Program-made: the position numbers and the translations under genes
NCBI GenBank assembly: GCA_964016885.1
Contig: OZ024751.1
Span: 24,304,001-24,368,000 of the forward strand
From: Eledone cirrhosa
Taxonomy: Eukaryota
Length of the DNA: 64,000 nucleotides
Direction: 5' to 3'
Notes under the pieces: generated by a model
The model's input: the letters and a program-made list of their open reading frames with translations, nothing else
Database searches by the model: none
What the model was told of the DNA's origin: nothing
In this document: one piece after another, positions 44,140 through 61,180 of the stretch
Layout of the letters: the number at the start of each line of letters is the position of its first letter
How positions within the stretch are numbered: position 1 is the first letter of the stretch

Positions 44140-44390
44140 TGTCTTAAGCCAGAAGGCTCATTTGCCCGGTGCTTATCCAGGTTTCGTGGCGTCAAGCGAC
44201 TGAGAGAACTCTGGACACGACGCCAGTCCATCGCAGGGTTAAACCCCCAGCTATTGCTGGTACTCATTTTCAGCTGAGTATACTGGAGCAACGTGAAATG
44301 AAGTGTTTTGCTCAAGAACACAACACAGGAATCGAACCCACGACATTATGATCGTAAGTCCAACACTCTTACCACTAGGCCACGTGCCTC
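44140..44390 (-). mobile_element. tRNA-derived SINE family 2; other copies at about 7340-7660 (+), 18585-18910 (+), 44945-45220 (+) and 63630-63892 (-)
   Basis: Head GGCACGTGGCCTAGTGGTAAGAG..GGTTCGATTCC; core TTGAGCAA..CACTTCATTTCACGTTGCTCCAGT..ACTCAGCTGAAAATGAGTACC, resembling the Meta/MESC domain. Confidence 0.75.
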
Positions 44391-45227
44391 TACATATATA
44401 TACATATATATACCTATATATATGCATACATATATGTATACGTATGTATGTATATATGTAAACAAATATGTGTGTGTATATATATGCATATGTATTAACA
44501 ATAAGGATAACAATTCGTATTATAACTCTGTCGGCTTCGGTGAATAATGATGATTATGAATGAGAGTTATTAAAAAACAAAATGGAAGCAGTTAGAAAGC
44601 GTAAGACATCTAATATCTAATATGATAACACACTTGAGGTGTTTTATATTAATTCATTTTAGGATTTTATTGAGAGTGGGATTGATAAAATGGGTGCAGT
44701 TACGATGACATTCGTTAGCCATAAGTGCATATGACGCTGTGGACAGTATTAACAATGTGTTCTGATTTAGGTCAAAGGCCTGCTAATTCGGGGTAGTGGA
44801 AAGTCGAATATATATACTCTAGTGCTTAACTGATACATTATTTTATCGACCCCGGAAAAATGAAAGGCAAAGTTGACCTCGGCGAAATTTAAACTCTTTA
44901 ATGTGAAAAGCCAGCACAAATAGCAGAAATGTAGTCATGATATGTGAAGGTACGTGACCGAGTGGTTAGTGTGTTGAACTTACGATCATAATGTCGTGGG
45001 CTTAATTACTGAAGCAGGTTGTGTGTTGTTTTCTTAAACACTTAATTTTATATTGTTCCAGTACACTCAGGTGAAAATGAGTACCATTAATTGTTGGAAG
45101 TTAACCCAGGGATATAATGGCCTCCTGTCCAGTGGGGAGACGTATACTTACAGTCATGTAACAGCAATTAAAACCGGAATGAGTACCGAACTCATGAGCC
45201 TCCGGGCTTAGAATATAACTTAACTTT

Positions 45228-46170
45228 TAATAATTGTTTCTACTTTTGGCACAAGGCCAGCAATTACCCAATGCATAACTTTTAATAATTGTTTCTACTT
45301 TTGGCACAAGGCCAGCAATTACCCAATGCATTACTGGTACTTTATTCTATCGACCCTGGATGGATGAAAGGCAAAGTTAACCTCGGCGGGATTTGAACTC
45401 AGATCATACAGGGAGGTAACTCTATGCTTCAAAGCATGTCATTCGACCCTCTACCGATACTGCCAATCCACCGCCTTTTAATAATGATAATGAAAAGGAA
45501 AATAATTTTAATTAGAATTAATGGAATATTCAAAGCCATTTTTTAAGGATGGAGTTAACTGGATCGACAATATTATATCACTGATATTTTTTCTTTTGTT
45601 TCATTTTGAAATTCACACGAATGCAAAGCAAATATGTCTACGTGTACCATATCGATTCATAATTGATAAGATATGAAATATTAATATAATGTTTTCTGAT
45701 TTGGGCACAAGGCCAAACATTTTGGGAGGGGGGAAAGTCGATTAAATCGACCCCAGTGCATTACTGGTACTTTATTGTATAGACTCTCTAAGGATGAAAG
45801 GCAAAGTTAACCTCTTCGCAATTTGAACTCAATCAGAATGTAAAAGGCCGTACTGCTATGACGCAATGCATGTTGTCCGACGCTCTAGCGATCCTGTCAA
45901 TTCACTACCCATAAAATATTTATATAATACCTTCAGTTAAATCCTCGGCTGTTTAGAGGAATACAATCTAAAAATGATTTTTAAAGAACAAACTAATACG
46001 ATATTTATGGTATTGGTACAACAACAGAAAATTTAGAGAAATCTGAGAATTGATTATATTGACCCCAGTACTTGACTGGTACTTAATTTTATCGACCCCC
46101 GAAGGTTGAAAGGCAAAGTTTACCTCGGTGGTATTTGATCACAGAACGTAAAGAGCCGGAACAAATGCCA
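45228..46170 (-). mobile_element. Cluster of three SINE family 1 copies (45284-45476, 45689-45910, 46050-46170)
   Basis: Each has the central domain and B-box; the first has its tail duplicated (56-bp period). Confidence 0.75.
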
Positions 46171-47003
46171 AAGATAGATTACCAGATTATGGATATTAAA
46201 AATAATATCAGTCCCTATAATAAATAATAGGGGAACTGCAAATAATTTAAATAATGCTGCCAAATTGATAACCAAAGTTCTGGTATTACATATATTCACA
46301 ACAAACTGAAACTCTCACTGATAGTCATTGCATATAATTTATGCAAAGAAATTTTAATACATCACAATATCTACTCGTAATATGTGGAGCATATATTGCA
46401 TATATTATGAAATATAGACACGTTAATGTCGAATAATAGACTTCTTCCATCACCAATATCTACTGTACACTACTTATATAATTAACGACACAGAGACAAA
46501 TATATATTTATACATATATACATATATATATATATACTTATATAGGATATTTTGAGGGTGTTTACGTAGAGAATAGGATTAATTAGACATTCTTCTTATT
46601 AGGTTTATGGGTACGTATATGAATGTTTCTCATGAATATAGCTACATATAATGTTATTCAGACAAACAAAAATATGTGATTATTACGTTTACAATTGAGA
46701 AGCAACAATAATATTTAACTAGATGTATCTTCATTTCCATATGAGAAACCTTCCGCATTAGACCTCACAATCATCACAAAAACATACGCACAAACATACG
46801 CACAAACACACGCACGTATCCACACACACAAACACACACACACACACACGCGCGCGCACACACACACACACGCACACGCACACACACACATTTATATATA
46901 TACATATATATATATATACATATATACAAACGTACATACATACATATATATATGTGTATATATATATATATACACTGCAGTAACTCCTAGTTACACCCCC
47001 TGG

Positions 47004-47070
<67 letters not shown>

Positions 47071-47952
47071 GACAAATAAGTTGTTTGCGTTAATTCTACT
47101 TTGGCGTTCCATCGGAATACTTTTACATTTTTACTTACATTTTTTTCGTTTTTAGCTTTTTTGTTTTCATTGAATGATTTTTTTTTCTTTTTTTTTTTTT
47201 TCTTTTACCAACTCTCACACTTTTTTTTCTACAATTAACATATTTTACCTTCATATTACAGGTGCTTGGGTAAAATCAGGTAAGGTAAGGTTGTGGATAA
47301 TTGTTCTGGAGAAGGGAGGGTAGGTTACGTGGAGTGTCACGTTATTCAATTTACATTTATCATATTTATTTCATTTTAATTGTTCATATTATTTATATTT
47401 AGCTTTTAGCCAGTTGTAGTTTTATAATAGCTGCACTGCATCTGGGCTGTGAGTTTCCTCCGTGGTTTTGTTTTATATATATTTTTTTTAATTTTTTTTT
47501 ATTTTATATTTTTTATTTTTTGACAAAATACACTAGGGACCCAATTTGACTATTAAAACAAATTTAGTTTTTATATAAATTTATAATTTTCATTTATATA
47601 TTTATTTTTGTATCATTTATATATTATTTTTGCTTCATATATTATTTTTTTTTATTTAATTTTGGTTTCATTTTTTTTTTCATAATTATTTTTATGTATG
47701 TATTTATTTGCTTTCTTCTACAGATTCTTCTACATGTTCTACAACTAATTAAGTCCGAATTAAACATAAAGCTATCAATAACGGAAATATAAAAATAAAA
47801 AAATAAGAAATATATACAATATATGCTTTAAAAAAAATATTAAATAAAACAGCGAATAAAAAATATCATATACAGAAATAAATAAATGAAACGAAATTAG
47901 AGAGATTTAAAACAAAAATACGTTAGCTTCTTTCAAGGTTTCATTTTTCTAA

Positions 47953-48381
47953 TAATTGTTTCTAATTTAGGTACACGACCAGAAATTTAAAGGGATGGGG
48001 GAAGCCGATTAAATCGATCCCATTAATTGAATGGGGCATTATTTTATCGAAAGGAATTATTTTATGGAAGGATGAAAGGCACAGTGGCATTGAAAATCAG
48101 AAGGCAAAGAGCCGGAACAAATGTCACAAAACAGTTTTCCCGAAGCTCTACCAATTCTACGAATCCATCACCCATATTTTTCATCATTCTAATAATTGTT
48201 TCTACTTTTGGCACAAGGCCAGCAATTACCCAGTGCATTACTGGTACTTTATTTTATCGACCCCGTAAGGATGAAAGGCAAAGTTAACATCGGCGGGATT
48301 TGAACTCAGATCATAAAGGGCTGTAACTATGCTGCAAAGCATGGTGTCCGACTCTCTACCGATACTGCCAATCCACCGTCC
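47953..48381 (-). mobile_element. Two tandem SINE family 1 copies (old 47953-48170, young 48192-48381)
   Basis: Sequence match to the family. Confidence 0.75.
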
Positions 48382-48904
48382 TTTTCATCGTGCTAATAAT
48401 GCAATCTTCCCGGCTGAAAATATAATATTACAATCTGCTCGCTATTTTTCATACTTGTATTAATGCAATCTTCCTGACTGAAAATATAACATCACAATCT
48501 GCTCGCATTCATTCAACATCATCAAGCTATCGCAAACATAACATATTAGCCATATTCCAAATATAGATATTTCACTATGATTATATACAGCTTGGTAATG
48601 TAATATGGCAGTTCTTAAAATGTGCACCTTCACCAACCAATTTATATCAATCATTTAAAATATACTATATACACATCAGAAACGGTGAAAGAAAATCAAT
48701 TCAAAATCATAAACAAATCATCGAATGTAATCATTCCTTTCTTACAATAAAAAAACTGATTTTGGGGGCAATCTTTGAGGAAATCTAGATTTTGTACATA
48801 AATATAACTATAACCACTCAGTTTTCTATGCTCAACGTCATACAGCATTCCTATACGCACACGTGTACACATTCACTCACACTCAAACACATATATACTC
48901 ATAT

Positions 48905-49008
<104 letters not shown>

Positions 49009-49148
49009 ATATATATATATGCATGTATATAATATGTATATATGTGTATATAAATATATATATATGTATATATATGTATGTACGTATACATAAATATATA
49101 TGGATATATATATATAATGTATATATACATGTATATAAATATATATAA

Positions 49149-49185
<37 letters not shown>

Positions 49186-49617
49186 TGTATATATACACAT
49201 ATATATATACATACATACACACACACACACAAACACACACGCACACAAACACATGTTTAGTTTATTCAAAACTGAAAAATCTTTTTTTTTTTCAAAAATA
49301 TATTTCACAACAATCAAATTAAAACTTCATAATACCAATTAAACAATTATAATAACGCAACGCTCGATTTTCTTGAACAGAATGTGAAAAAGACTCATAT
49401 GACATTGAATAATATTGATGTTGGTTTCAATATATAATCTATTTATCGATTAAATATCGATTTAACTATATGTAAATCTCTATATAGTTATCTCTATAGA
49501 ATACAACCTAAACTATATTTCTTCTCAGAACAACATTCAGCAGATTATTTACATATTTTCAATTGTACAAATATATAACTTTTGTACATGCACCTTTAAA
49601 TATATACATACATTCAT

Positions 49618-49652
<35 letters not shown>

Positions 49653-49885
49653 TATACATTTGAATATGTATATGTATATACATATAAATATACACACATA
49701 TATATACATGCACACACACACACACATATATATATATATACATATATATACACATATATATATGTGTGTGTTTGTGTGTGTGTGTCTGTGTGTGTATTTG
49801 TTAACTATTTATATACAAAATATACACCATATATCTATATCTATACATATATATATATATATATGCATATATATATATATATCTC

Positions 49886-49964
<79 letters not shown>

Positions 49965-50381
49965 CATACATATATTATATACATATGTGACTATATGGTT
50001 CATGTTTTATTTAATTGTATAGATTGTTATATATATTTGTGAGATAAGAACCTCAGTATAAAACTGGTATTTATTTCACTGACATATATGTTGCACTGGC
50101 AGGTTATATAACAAACATATGAAGGTATGGACAATTGTGTAACGAGGATGGCTTATACATATTTTGGATCCCTCCATCGCATATACATATTTATATTATA
50201 TATATATATATACAAGTACATATTTATATAATTGTTTCTACTTTTGGCACAAAGCCAACAATTATCCCAGTGTATTACTGGTACTTTCTTCTATCGACCC
50301 CGTAAGGATGAAAGGCAAAGTTAACCTCGACAGGATTTGAACTCATTTGAACATATTTATATAATAAATATACATACAAAT

Positions 50382-50481
<100 letters not shown>

Positions 50482-50573
50482 ATGTATATATATATATAGA
50501 GATATATAGAGTGAGATGTAGATATATAAGCATATATATAAATATGTGTGTGGTGTGGGTATATAAATATAAT

Positions 50574-50754
50574 TGTTTCTACTTTAGGCACAAGGCCAGC
50601 AATTACCCAGTGCATTACTGGTACTTTATTTTATCGACCCCGTAAGGATGAAAGGCAAAGTCAACCTCGGCGGGATTTGAACTCAGATCGTAAAGGGACG
50701 TAACTATGCTGGAAAGCATGGCGTCAAACCCTCTACCGATACTGCCAATCCACC
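50574..50754 (-). mobile_element. SINE family 1, young copy with 21-bp TSD
   Basis: TSD GTGTGGGTATATAAATATAAT at 50553-50573 and 50755-50775. Confidence 0.9.
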
Positions 50755-50789
50755 GTGTGGGTATATAAATATAATATGTGTATGTGTGT

Positions 50790-50820
<31 letters not shown>

Positions 50821-50966
50821 CTTGCATATATATATATGTTAACTAGAGAAATTTTGGGAGACATTTAGATAGTTTTGTTGGTGTGATTAATGTTGTTAGT
50901 AATATTATCATTATTATTACTAACAACATTAATCACACCAACAAAACTATCTAAATGTCTCCCAAA

Positions 50967-51072
<106 letters not shown>

Positions 51073-51998
51073 TTGAAACAACGCCACACATCTTGGATTC
51101 CAATTCTTCTCCCACCCACATATTATAAAATAGATAAAGCTTGCAAACATGTCACTATCACTTCATAAAATATTGAACAAAGACTAACACGTTTTACGAA
51201 GAGAAAATTGTAATAAAAAAAAAAAAACACTTTCCTGTTGAAGCCACTTATTTCACAACCAGAAAATATTGATTTTTATAAGTGAAACTCTCAACATTAT
51301 TTGGAGTAATTTAAGCGACATTCGTAACGATAACAATATCTTGAATGGAAATAGCACATACACACAATCATATCGCCAAGCGACGGAACGGGAAGAAAGC
51401 TTGAATTATGAAATAGAGACAGCGTTCCCAGCATTTTTTTCTTTCACTGGAACATTCTCGAATAGACGGTCTCTAGATAGGAATTGTTTTTCGAAGAAAA
51501 AGCTGCCTGATAGAGTTGAGTTACAAGAATAAGTGCATCCTTACCTCAATTCTTTATCGAATAGTGAGATATTAAAAATGTAACCTATTTCTGCATCAAA
51601 TGCCCGCGAAAGAGCAAGCAGTAGCTGTTAATCCTAGCCGATTAACATAGAATAACATTTCCATGAGGTAGATATAACGGAACCATATTATTCATATAGC
51701 ACTATATATAAACGAGCAACATTTTTTTTAATGACATGAGAAACAGTTTTTTTCAATGACATGACGTGTTGAAACTACAATAGTTTTTAGATTTTATCAT
51801 TTGACCAATGATATTGGTTTTTATATTGCGTTTGAGTTCCTTGCAGTCAGCTTGAAATAATCAAATTCGTCAAACATTCATCAACATTTTTCATATTCCA
51901 TCATCTCATATTCATGAGGAAGAGACACTGATATGTAGGGAAGCATCTTTCAAGCAAGCGGGGTCAATGTCGTTAGTGCAGATACACAAAACTTTAAT

Positions 51999-52033
<35 letters not shown>

Positions 52034-52181
52034 AAATATCTCTATATATATATATAAATATGTAAATATATATGTATTTATATATGTATACATATATATA
52101 TGTATGTATATATATTCATATATATTTATATAATATGTATGTAAGTATATATATATATTCATATATATACATACACACACA

Positions 52182-52222
<41 letters not shown>

Positions 52223-52232
52223 ACACACACAG

Positions 52233-52295
<63 letters not shown>

Positions 52296-52607
52296 TGTAT
52301 ATATGCTAACATTAAAAAGGTTCATATCCGAGCTTTTTCATTTGGTATTTTGGTATTTGGCATTACAATACGGTATTTTTATGCTGAAATATCAGATACA
52401 TAATCAATTTCTAAAGTGCGACTCAAATTTATATATTTATTAATATTTCTTATAATATTTTATATCAAGGTTACATTTCAGTTTCCGAAATATAAATACA
52501 TCGGTATATTTCAAGAAGTAACAATAAGTGCTTATATGTATTGTGTCCTTAAATGTATGACTGTCTACTTAAACCTCGAATAAAGATGATAAATTAATAA
52601 TAATAAT

Positions 52608-52702
<95 letters not shown>

Positions 52703-52843
52703 ATATATTATATATATATATATATATATAGATAGATAGATAGATATATATATAATTATATACACTTATATATATGTATAAATATAAATATGCATATATA
52801 TGTATATATGTATATATATGTATATGTACACGTATATATATAA

Positions 52844-52894
<51 letters not shown>

Positions 52895-52923
52895 TATATA
52901 GATATACATCTATATGTATTTAG

Positions 52924-52960
<37 letters not shown>

Positions 52961-53152
52961 TGTGTGACTGCGTTAATGCCAACGTTATTGTTTAAAGATG
53001 AAATGTCATCGAACAATTTGAATACTCGTTGACATATTTGAGAGTTTTTCAAAGATTGAAAAAGACTTCGATTTCAATTTTCAAGAAAAATCCAATAATT
53101 GTCAATTGGAATAGCAATGTATGCTACTAAGTATTTACCAAGATGAAAATTA

Positions 53153-53295
<143 letters not shown>

Positions 53296-53430
53296 CATGT
53301 ATATATACCACAAATCAGAGTATTACTCTATGCCTGGTAAGATGCAGATTGGTTATATCAGTGAGGTAGAGGATCGACCAAGAGATACTTAGCCGAAACC
53401 CTCAGAGCTTGCGGCCGATACTCTACTACA

Positions 53431-53469
<39 letters not shown>

Positions 53470-53525
53470 CACACAAACAGGTATATAGGTATATATATAT
53501 ATATATATTATATATCTATAATAAG

Positions 53526-53634
<109 letters not shown>

Positions 53635-53643
53635 CCTATAATA

Positions 53644-53787
53644 AGGTTAACATATGTTGATGCCCTAAGGACAGACACTGGTCTGTTGGAGATGCAGGAT
53701 ATGGCAGCGATAATGGGGGACAGAGACCGCTGGAGAGAACTCGTCCATGGATCTCGGGAATTTTACCCGCCTTAGATAGATAGATAT
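53644..53787 (+). mobile_element. 3' end of an RTE-clade LINE
   Basis: Encodes [43 protein letters not shown] (DTGL..M.DR..WR C-terminal motif) followed by a (TAGA)n tail. Confidence 0.75.
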
Positions 53788-54072
53788 ATATTATATATGT
53801 ATATATATGCATTTATGTATTTATATGTATACAGTTCATTCTATATTTATATATTAAACCATCTTTACATATTGATTCATCTAAGATAATGAAAATTATG
53901 ATTATACACCTGGATATGAGATCGTCGAATTTGGCTCGTACATTTGTGTATAAGATATACACACACATACATACACAACAATCACCCACACATATGCATT
54001 CAGACACACACGCACACATATATATATATAGGAACATTTATATTAGTAAATGCATAGATAATGTTAAATCAA

Positions 54073-54126
<54 letters not shown>

Positions 54127-54548
54127 TTATTTACATGTATGTATATACACACATCCTTCCGTGCATACAGACAGTCACAGCTAACATACGTGCGTACACC
54201 CATAGATATACACACATATATATGGTAAAATATAATTCAAAAGAGGACTAAAATACTGCAATAAGGTGTACAAGTCGTCTCAACAGGATGGTTCGTTACG
54301 GATACTTAAAATAAAATAAACCGTTGAGTTCAAATCCTAGAATCAGATATAGTATGATTATGATTCTATAGATTATAGCTGCTGCGATATTTACTCTTAT
54401 AAATAACATAGTTTTCAATATGTACTCGTAACTAACAATGCTGAAATATGCATGCGTTTTATGGGTGTATGTATGACTGTCTATGACACTTTGCTTCATA
54501 AATCTCTTTATATATCTATCTAGCTATCTAGCTATCTAGCTCCCTTCA

Positions 54549-54596
<48 letters not shown>

Positions 54597-54647
54597 CTAT
54601 CTATCTATCTATCTAGCTCCCTTCTCTCTCTTTCTCTCTCTCTCTCT

Positions 54648-54762
<115 letters not shown>

Positions 54763-54845
54763 TACATATATATATGTATATATATATATATAGATAAATG
54801 TATGTATAAATAATACACAGATATGTATATATACATTATATATAC

Positions 54846-54902
<57 letters not shown>

Positions 54903-55021
54903 GATTTTCGAAAATGAAGCAAAGAATGAAGTTGGTCTAGCAGAAGAGATAATCTACACTATATGAAGCAGACAGTTTCTTTTTCAAAAAATTGCATATG
55001 TAATAATAGCAGCAGTGATGA

Positions 55022-55090
<69 letters not shown>

Positions 55091-55327
55091 CAAGAAACAT
55101 GTAGACCCCTGAGATTGTAATCTCGAGTATACACAGTTGCATTCATAGAGATTGATTGATATATACATAGATGCGCATAAAATCTACTTGCAATTATGTA
55201 TATATTTATATACCCATATACATATATATATATATGTGTGTATGTATATATATATATAGAGAGAGAGATGCATATATATATATATACTTACATGCATAGA
55301 TGCATATATATATATATACTTACATAC

Positions 55328-55369
<42 letters not shown>

Positions 55370-55375
55370 GTATAC

Positions 55376-55406
<31 letters not shown>

Positions 55407-55425
55407 CATATATATGTATGTATAG

Positions 55426-55456
<31 letters not shown>

Positions 55457-56488
55457 GATATATATGTATGTATACATATACAGTGATCCTTGTGATCTTG
55501 TGATCCTTGTGATTTTGAGAAATACAACCACCGATACTGTATCGAAGACCAGTAAACCATACTCCATAATATCGAACCAAGTGACTGATTTATGCGACCA
55601 AAATAACACTACATACATATTGGGTCAGCAACGAACTAGGAATATTGGATGCTCCGTCAATGATCGGGTAAGCACAAATAGAATTCTATTTGCATTGAGA
55701 TATACAAACTTGTGGATCTGTTGTGAGGTCGAACACAAACACACACGACCGCACAGATGGGCGATGGACTATGCCCTATGGGTTGGACTTGAAGTGCATT
55801 GAAAGATGTGTAACTCTAGTATACATATTATTTGTTATTAAGATGTATAAACTTGACACACTTATTATCATCTTATATCCTCTCAACTAATCACATTATG
55901 ATTATATTTCTCTCTCCCGTTTTCTCCCCCCATATTTATAATATTTTTATTTAACAAAATCTGTTTTTTACATTGTGTTTTTCCCCTTCTGATACTTGCT
56001 TATATTTTTTAGATATTCCCTATATATTTTTTATATATTTTTTTGTTTTTATTTTTATTTTTATTTTTATTTTCATTTTTATCCTCCTTATATTTTATTT
56101 TATTCTTACTTTTATACCTTATTATAGTGTAATCTTCCCTATGCCTTATTATACGTTATTAACTATAAATTATTATTATTCTTATTCCATTTCTAATTAC
56201 CTCATGTACTTTCTCCTCCGTTATATATATATTATATGCCCTTTGCGTGTGTGTAGCCTCTGCACACCCTCTGCACCCTACTATCAATGCCACCCCATCT
56301 ATGGCTCCACTAACCACCCGACCCCCGGGAATGAATATGACCGCAGCTAGTAAACAAGAACCCACACACCACCCTCCCGCACCTAGATTAGACTTATTGT
56401 TCCCCTGCATTTGCTCTTTACTCTCTTTACTCTTTGTTCTTGAATGTTTGGTTGGTAGAGTCCATAGCACCATCAAACCCCTTTTATA

Positions 56489-56533
56489 GCTCTGTAGAAT
56501 CCTACGGTTACGTAAGGAAGAAACATTGTAAGC
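56489..56533 (+). ncRNA. Hammerhead motif family G (core mutated to CTGTAGA)
   Basis: gct-CTGTAGA-atcctacg-gtta-cgtaaggaa-GAAA-cattg-TA-agc. Confidence 0.5.
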
Positions 56534-56584
56534 CAATAAAAAATGTTTGATGTTATAGACGCTCTTGTGTTCTTTATCATATAT

Positions 56585-56642
<58 letters not shown>

Positions 56643-56678
56643 GGGTGTATATGCATACATACATATATATATGTATAA

Positions 56679-56735
<57 letters not shown>

Positions 56736-56774
56736 TACATATACACACACATATATATATTCATATATATATAT

Positions 56775-56852
<78 letters not shown>

Positions 56853-57374
56853 GCATAAGTATGTGCATGTGAGGTTTTGTGTGTGCTCGTTCGTGTATTT
56901 CTATATTAGTCTAAATGTGTGTATTTACTTGTAGTCTATAGAAATCCACCAATTTGTACCGCAAAGCATTAAATTACTACGCCTGAAAATTGTTAGGAAA
57001 AATACATTCAAATCTATTATCAAACTCAATATGATACCATTATTCCTATTATCTTCAGCTGGTTTTTATCTGTCGCTGTCGTCGTTTGTTTATCATATAT
57101 GACTTCTTATACGAGAGGTTTTCATACCACATAAATCCCTCTATCGTATATATGTTTCTATCGTAGATGTTGTCATGTTGTATGTAAATCTATCGTAAGA
57201 TGACGTCATATTGTAGGCCAACAATTTTGCCAGAGGGGAAATTCGATTAAATCGACCGCTAGTGCGTTACTGGAACCTCTATTTCATCTATCTCTGAAGG
57301 TTGAAATGCAAAGTTGTGCACGGTGCCATCTGAACTTAGGATGTACATAGGTCAATAACAACAACAACAACAAC

Positions 57375-57479
<105 letters not shown>

Positions 57480-57722
57480 AAGAAGAAGAAGAAGAAGAAG
57501 AAGAAGAAGAAGAAGAAGAAGAAGAAGAAACAAATGTCAACAATGAGAATACTAATAATATGTAAATGAAAAAAATACTCATTATAATTGCCATCATCCC
57601 TATAAATTCCCCTTTCATATAACCCTTTTTTCTTCAACAATATCATCAAGCTTAACAGTATCACTTGCTATAACTGTTTAAACAGACTTCGTCATTTTCT
57701 TCATACTTGTAATAACAATAAT

Positions 57723-58100
57723 AATGGTTTCTGATTTAGGCACAAGGCCAACAATTTGGAGGAAAGGGAAAGTCGATTAAACCGACACCAGTGCGTGACT
57801 GGTACTTTATTTTATCGACCCCGTAAGGATGAAAGGCAAAGCTTACCCAGGCTTCATTTGAACTCAGATAGTAATAAAGAGCCGTAACTATTTGCCACAA
57901 AACATTATTAATAATGGTTTCTTATATAGGCACAAGACCAGCAATTTTAGGGGAGAGGAAAGTCGATTAAATCGACCCCAGTGCGTGTCTGGTACTTTAT
58001 TTTATCGACCCCGTAAGGATGAAAGGCAACGTTAACCGCGGTGGGATTTGAACTCAGATCATGAAGGGCCCTAACTATTTGCCACAAAACATTATTAATA
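57723..58100 (-). mobile_element. Tandem dimer of 5'-truncated SINE family 1
   Basis: Two head-to-tail copies of about 190 bp sharing the junction TTTGCCACAAAACATTATTAATAATG. Confidence 0.75.
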
Positions 58101-58111
58101 ATGATTACTAA

Positions 58112-58146
<35 letters not shown>

Positions 58147-58343
58147 GCAACAGTAATACTGTTACCATCATTATCATCATCATCGTTTTCTTTCTTTTTC
58201 ATTCTCCAGGGTGAAAAAATTGTAATTCACTTCATCGTCTTCCTCAGTATGCAAATTATTTTAACAATAAACTGTGACATGATTTTCATAGTCAATCATT
58301 TTCATCATCACCCCATCCCTCTCTTAATTATCGTCACCATCAC

Positions 58344-58391
<48 letters not shown>

Positions 58392-58524
58392 ATCACCACG
58401 GTCACCGTATGCATTTCTCTAAACATTATTCTAATTTTATCACACCTTCAACATGGCCGTCGTTATCACTCAACGCGATCATCACCTTCATCATCATCAT
58501 CATCATCATCATCAATCATCAATT

Positions 58525-58555
<31 letters not shown>

Positions 58556-58610
58556 GAGCAACTATCACCATCATCATCAGAGCAACAACGATCACCATCG
58601 CCGTCATCAC

Positions 58611-58642
<32 letters not shown>

Positions 58643-58889
58643 GAGCAACTATCATCATCATCATCATCAGAGCAACAACGATCACCATCGCCGTCATCAC
58701 CATCATCACTGTCATCATCATCATCATCATCATCATCGCCATCATCCACTTCATCACCATCACCGCCATCATCCACTTCATCATCATCACCACCATCATC
58801 ATCATCAACACCAACGACAATATCTCATAAGCGAAAGTATATAACCCAATTTAACAGTATATAACAATAACAACAACACCAACAACAAT

Positions 58890-58920
<31 letters not shown>

Positions 58921-59180
58921 AGAGCAGCAGCAGCTCTGTCCAGAAGAAACAGTCATGTGATTTTTGTTTTCGTTTTTTTTTTTGTGTGTCTTTTTCGCTT
59001 TTCTTTTAACTGTTTTGTTTGTTGTCATCCTTTTTTTTTTTTTTTCTTTTTTCTTTTTGGTTTATTTTTCATCATATCTTTCACGGCGGCACCAATAAAT
59101 TAACTTGTAGATCATACGGCGTTTATGTAGCATCGTCTCCCCTGATATACATACACACAGCCTGGGAAATATTATATATA

Positions 59181-59321
<141 letters not shown>

Positions 59322-59402
59322 TACATATATGTATATTATATATATATAATATTGTATATATATGTATATTACATATATATAATATTATATATATACATTA
59401 TA

Positions 59403-59449
<47 letters not shown>

Positions 59450-59777
59450 TATATATGTATATATATGTATATATATATACATATATATATAATATAATAT
59501 ATATATTATATATATATATATATATTACATATATGTATATTATATATATATATAATATTATATATATATGTATGTTACATATATATAATATTATATATAT
59601 ACATTATATATATATTATATATATATATAATATAATATATATATTATATATATATATATATATAAATATATATGTATGTATGTATATATATATACCCATA
59701 CACTTTATACACAACACCCAAAAAACATGACATATATAATATACTCGTTCTCTTCCTATCTCATTCTCTCTCTCTGA

Positions 59778-59812
<35 letters not shown>

Positions 59813-59846
59813 CATATATATATACATATATACATTTATATATATA

Positions 59847-59891
<45 letters not shown>

Positions 59892-60093
59892 CATGCATAA
59901 CATATGTGGGCATATTTATTCATGTATTATATATATACATTATGCATAGATTGCGTAAGTGCAAATATGTGCACATATATTTCGACATTCATACTAAACG
60001 CATACATTTATACATATATGCATACATACATCATACCTGCAGTATTAGGTACCTAGATATCTATATACGCAGAATATATACACACACACACAC

Positions 60094-60155
<62 letters not shown>

Positions 60156-60551
60156 CATATATATATATTATACATATATAAGTATATATATAAATGTATT
60201 ATAAACATATATATATGTATATATATATATATTATATATATATATATATTATATATATATAATATGTATATATATATTATATATATATAATATATATATA
60301 TATATATGTGTGTGTGTATATATATATATATATGTATGTCAGTGTTTTGTCACATCGTATGTGTATCAATTTTCATGATTATGAGTACCCATGTACCATG
60401 TATGTATACGAACGAGCTCATTTGTTTGCCTTTTCTCAGTAGCAAATTTAAACAGAAAGTAAATAAAATATTACAAATCTTGGGAGGTTGGGAGGGGGGG
60501 GGGGATCTTTATAAATAAAATCAAAAAAGAATTCGATAAAATTCTGAGAAA

Positions 60552-60833
60552 TCAATAGTTTTCTTGTTCGGAATCATCTGAAGGTTGTCGTCCATATCTT
60601 TGAACCATCTCTTCCTTCGTTTCGTATACTGGTCCATTTTCATTTACAGTTCCATAATCAGGCATTTTATCGTAGGAATCTCCTTTCAACGTATCTTCTG
60701 GTTTCCATTCATCTTCGGGTGGAGGTTCCGCCCACGGCTGTAATTCTCCCGATGCAAATATGGCGTAGAATATAACACCTCCGAAATGTACCATACTGGC
60801 TATAAGGAACACGTGTTCCCAGCTGCTTACGTT
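60552..60833 (-). CDS. VGLUT: Vesicular glutamate transporter (SLC17A6/7/8 family), last coding exon
   Basis: Acceptor ATTCCAG|AAC at 60833; encodes [37 protein letters not shown]...QENY*, matching the VGLUT TM12 motif WxxVFLIAxxVHxGGVIFYxxFASGExQPWA; 94 codons including stop. Confidence 0.95.
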   Translation of the reverse strand, partial: NVSSWEHVFLIASMVHFGGVIFYAIFASGELQPWAEPPPEDEWKPEDTLKGDSYDKMPDYGTVNENGPVYETKEEMVQRYGRQPSDDSEQENY

Positions 60834-61180
60834 CTGGAATTAATCAAGATGATAATAACAATTAAAAAACGAACTCATTAAACCAACAAACGATTAAACC
60901 AACAAAATATAAACTGCAATATTAATAACGGTTCTGTTTAGACACAAGGTCAACAATTATAGCTGAGGTGAAAGTCGATTAAATCAACACCAGTGGTTTA
61001 CTAGTACTTTATTTAATCGACCACATAAGGTTGAAAGGTAAAGCTAACACTTGCGGTATTTGATCGCAGATCGTAAAGGGCTGTAAGTATTTGCTGCAAA
61101 ACATTATTAATAATAATTACTAGCATCATGATCATGATCATGATCATCATCATCATCATCAGCAACATTCTTACCATCAT

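Noticed and set aside
47401-47455. miRNA-like hairpin
   Set aside because: Only about 19 bp with many G-U pairs, too short for a canonical precursor, and no seed that I recognise.
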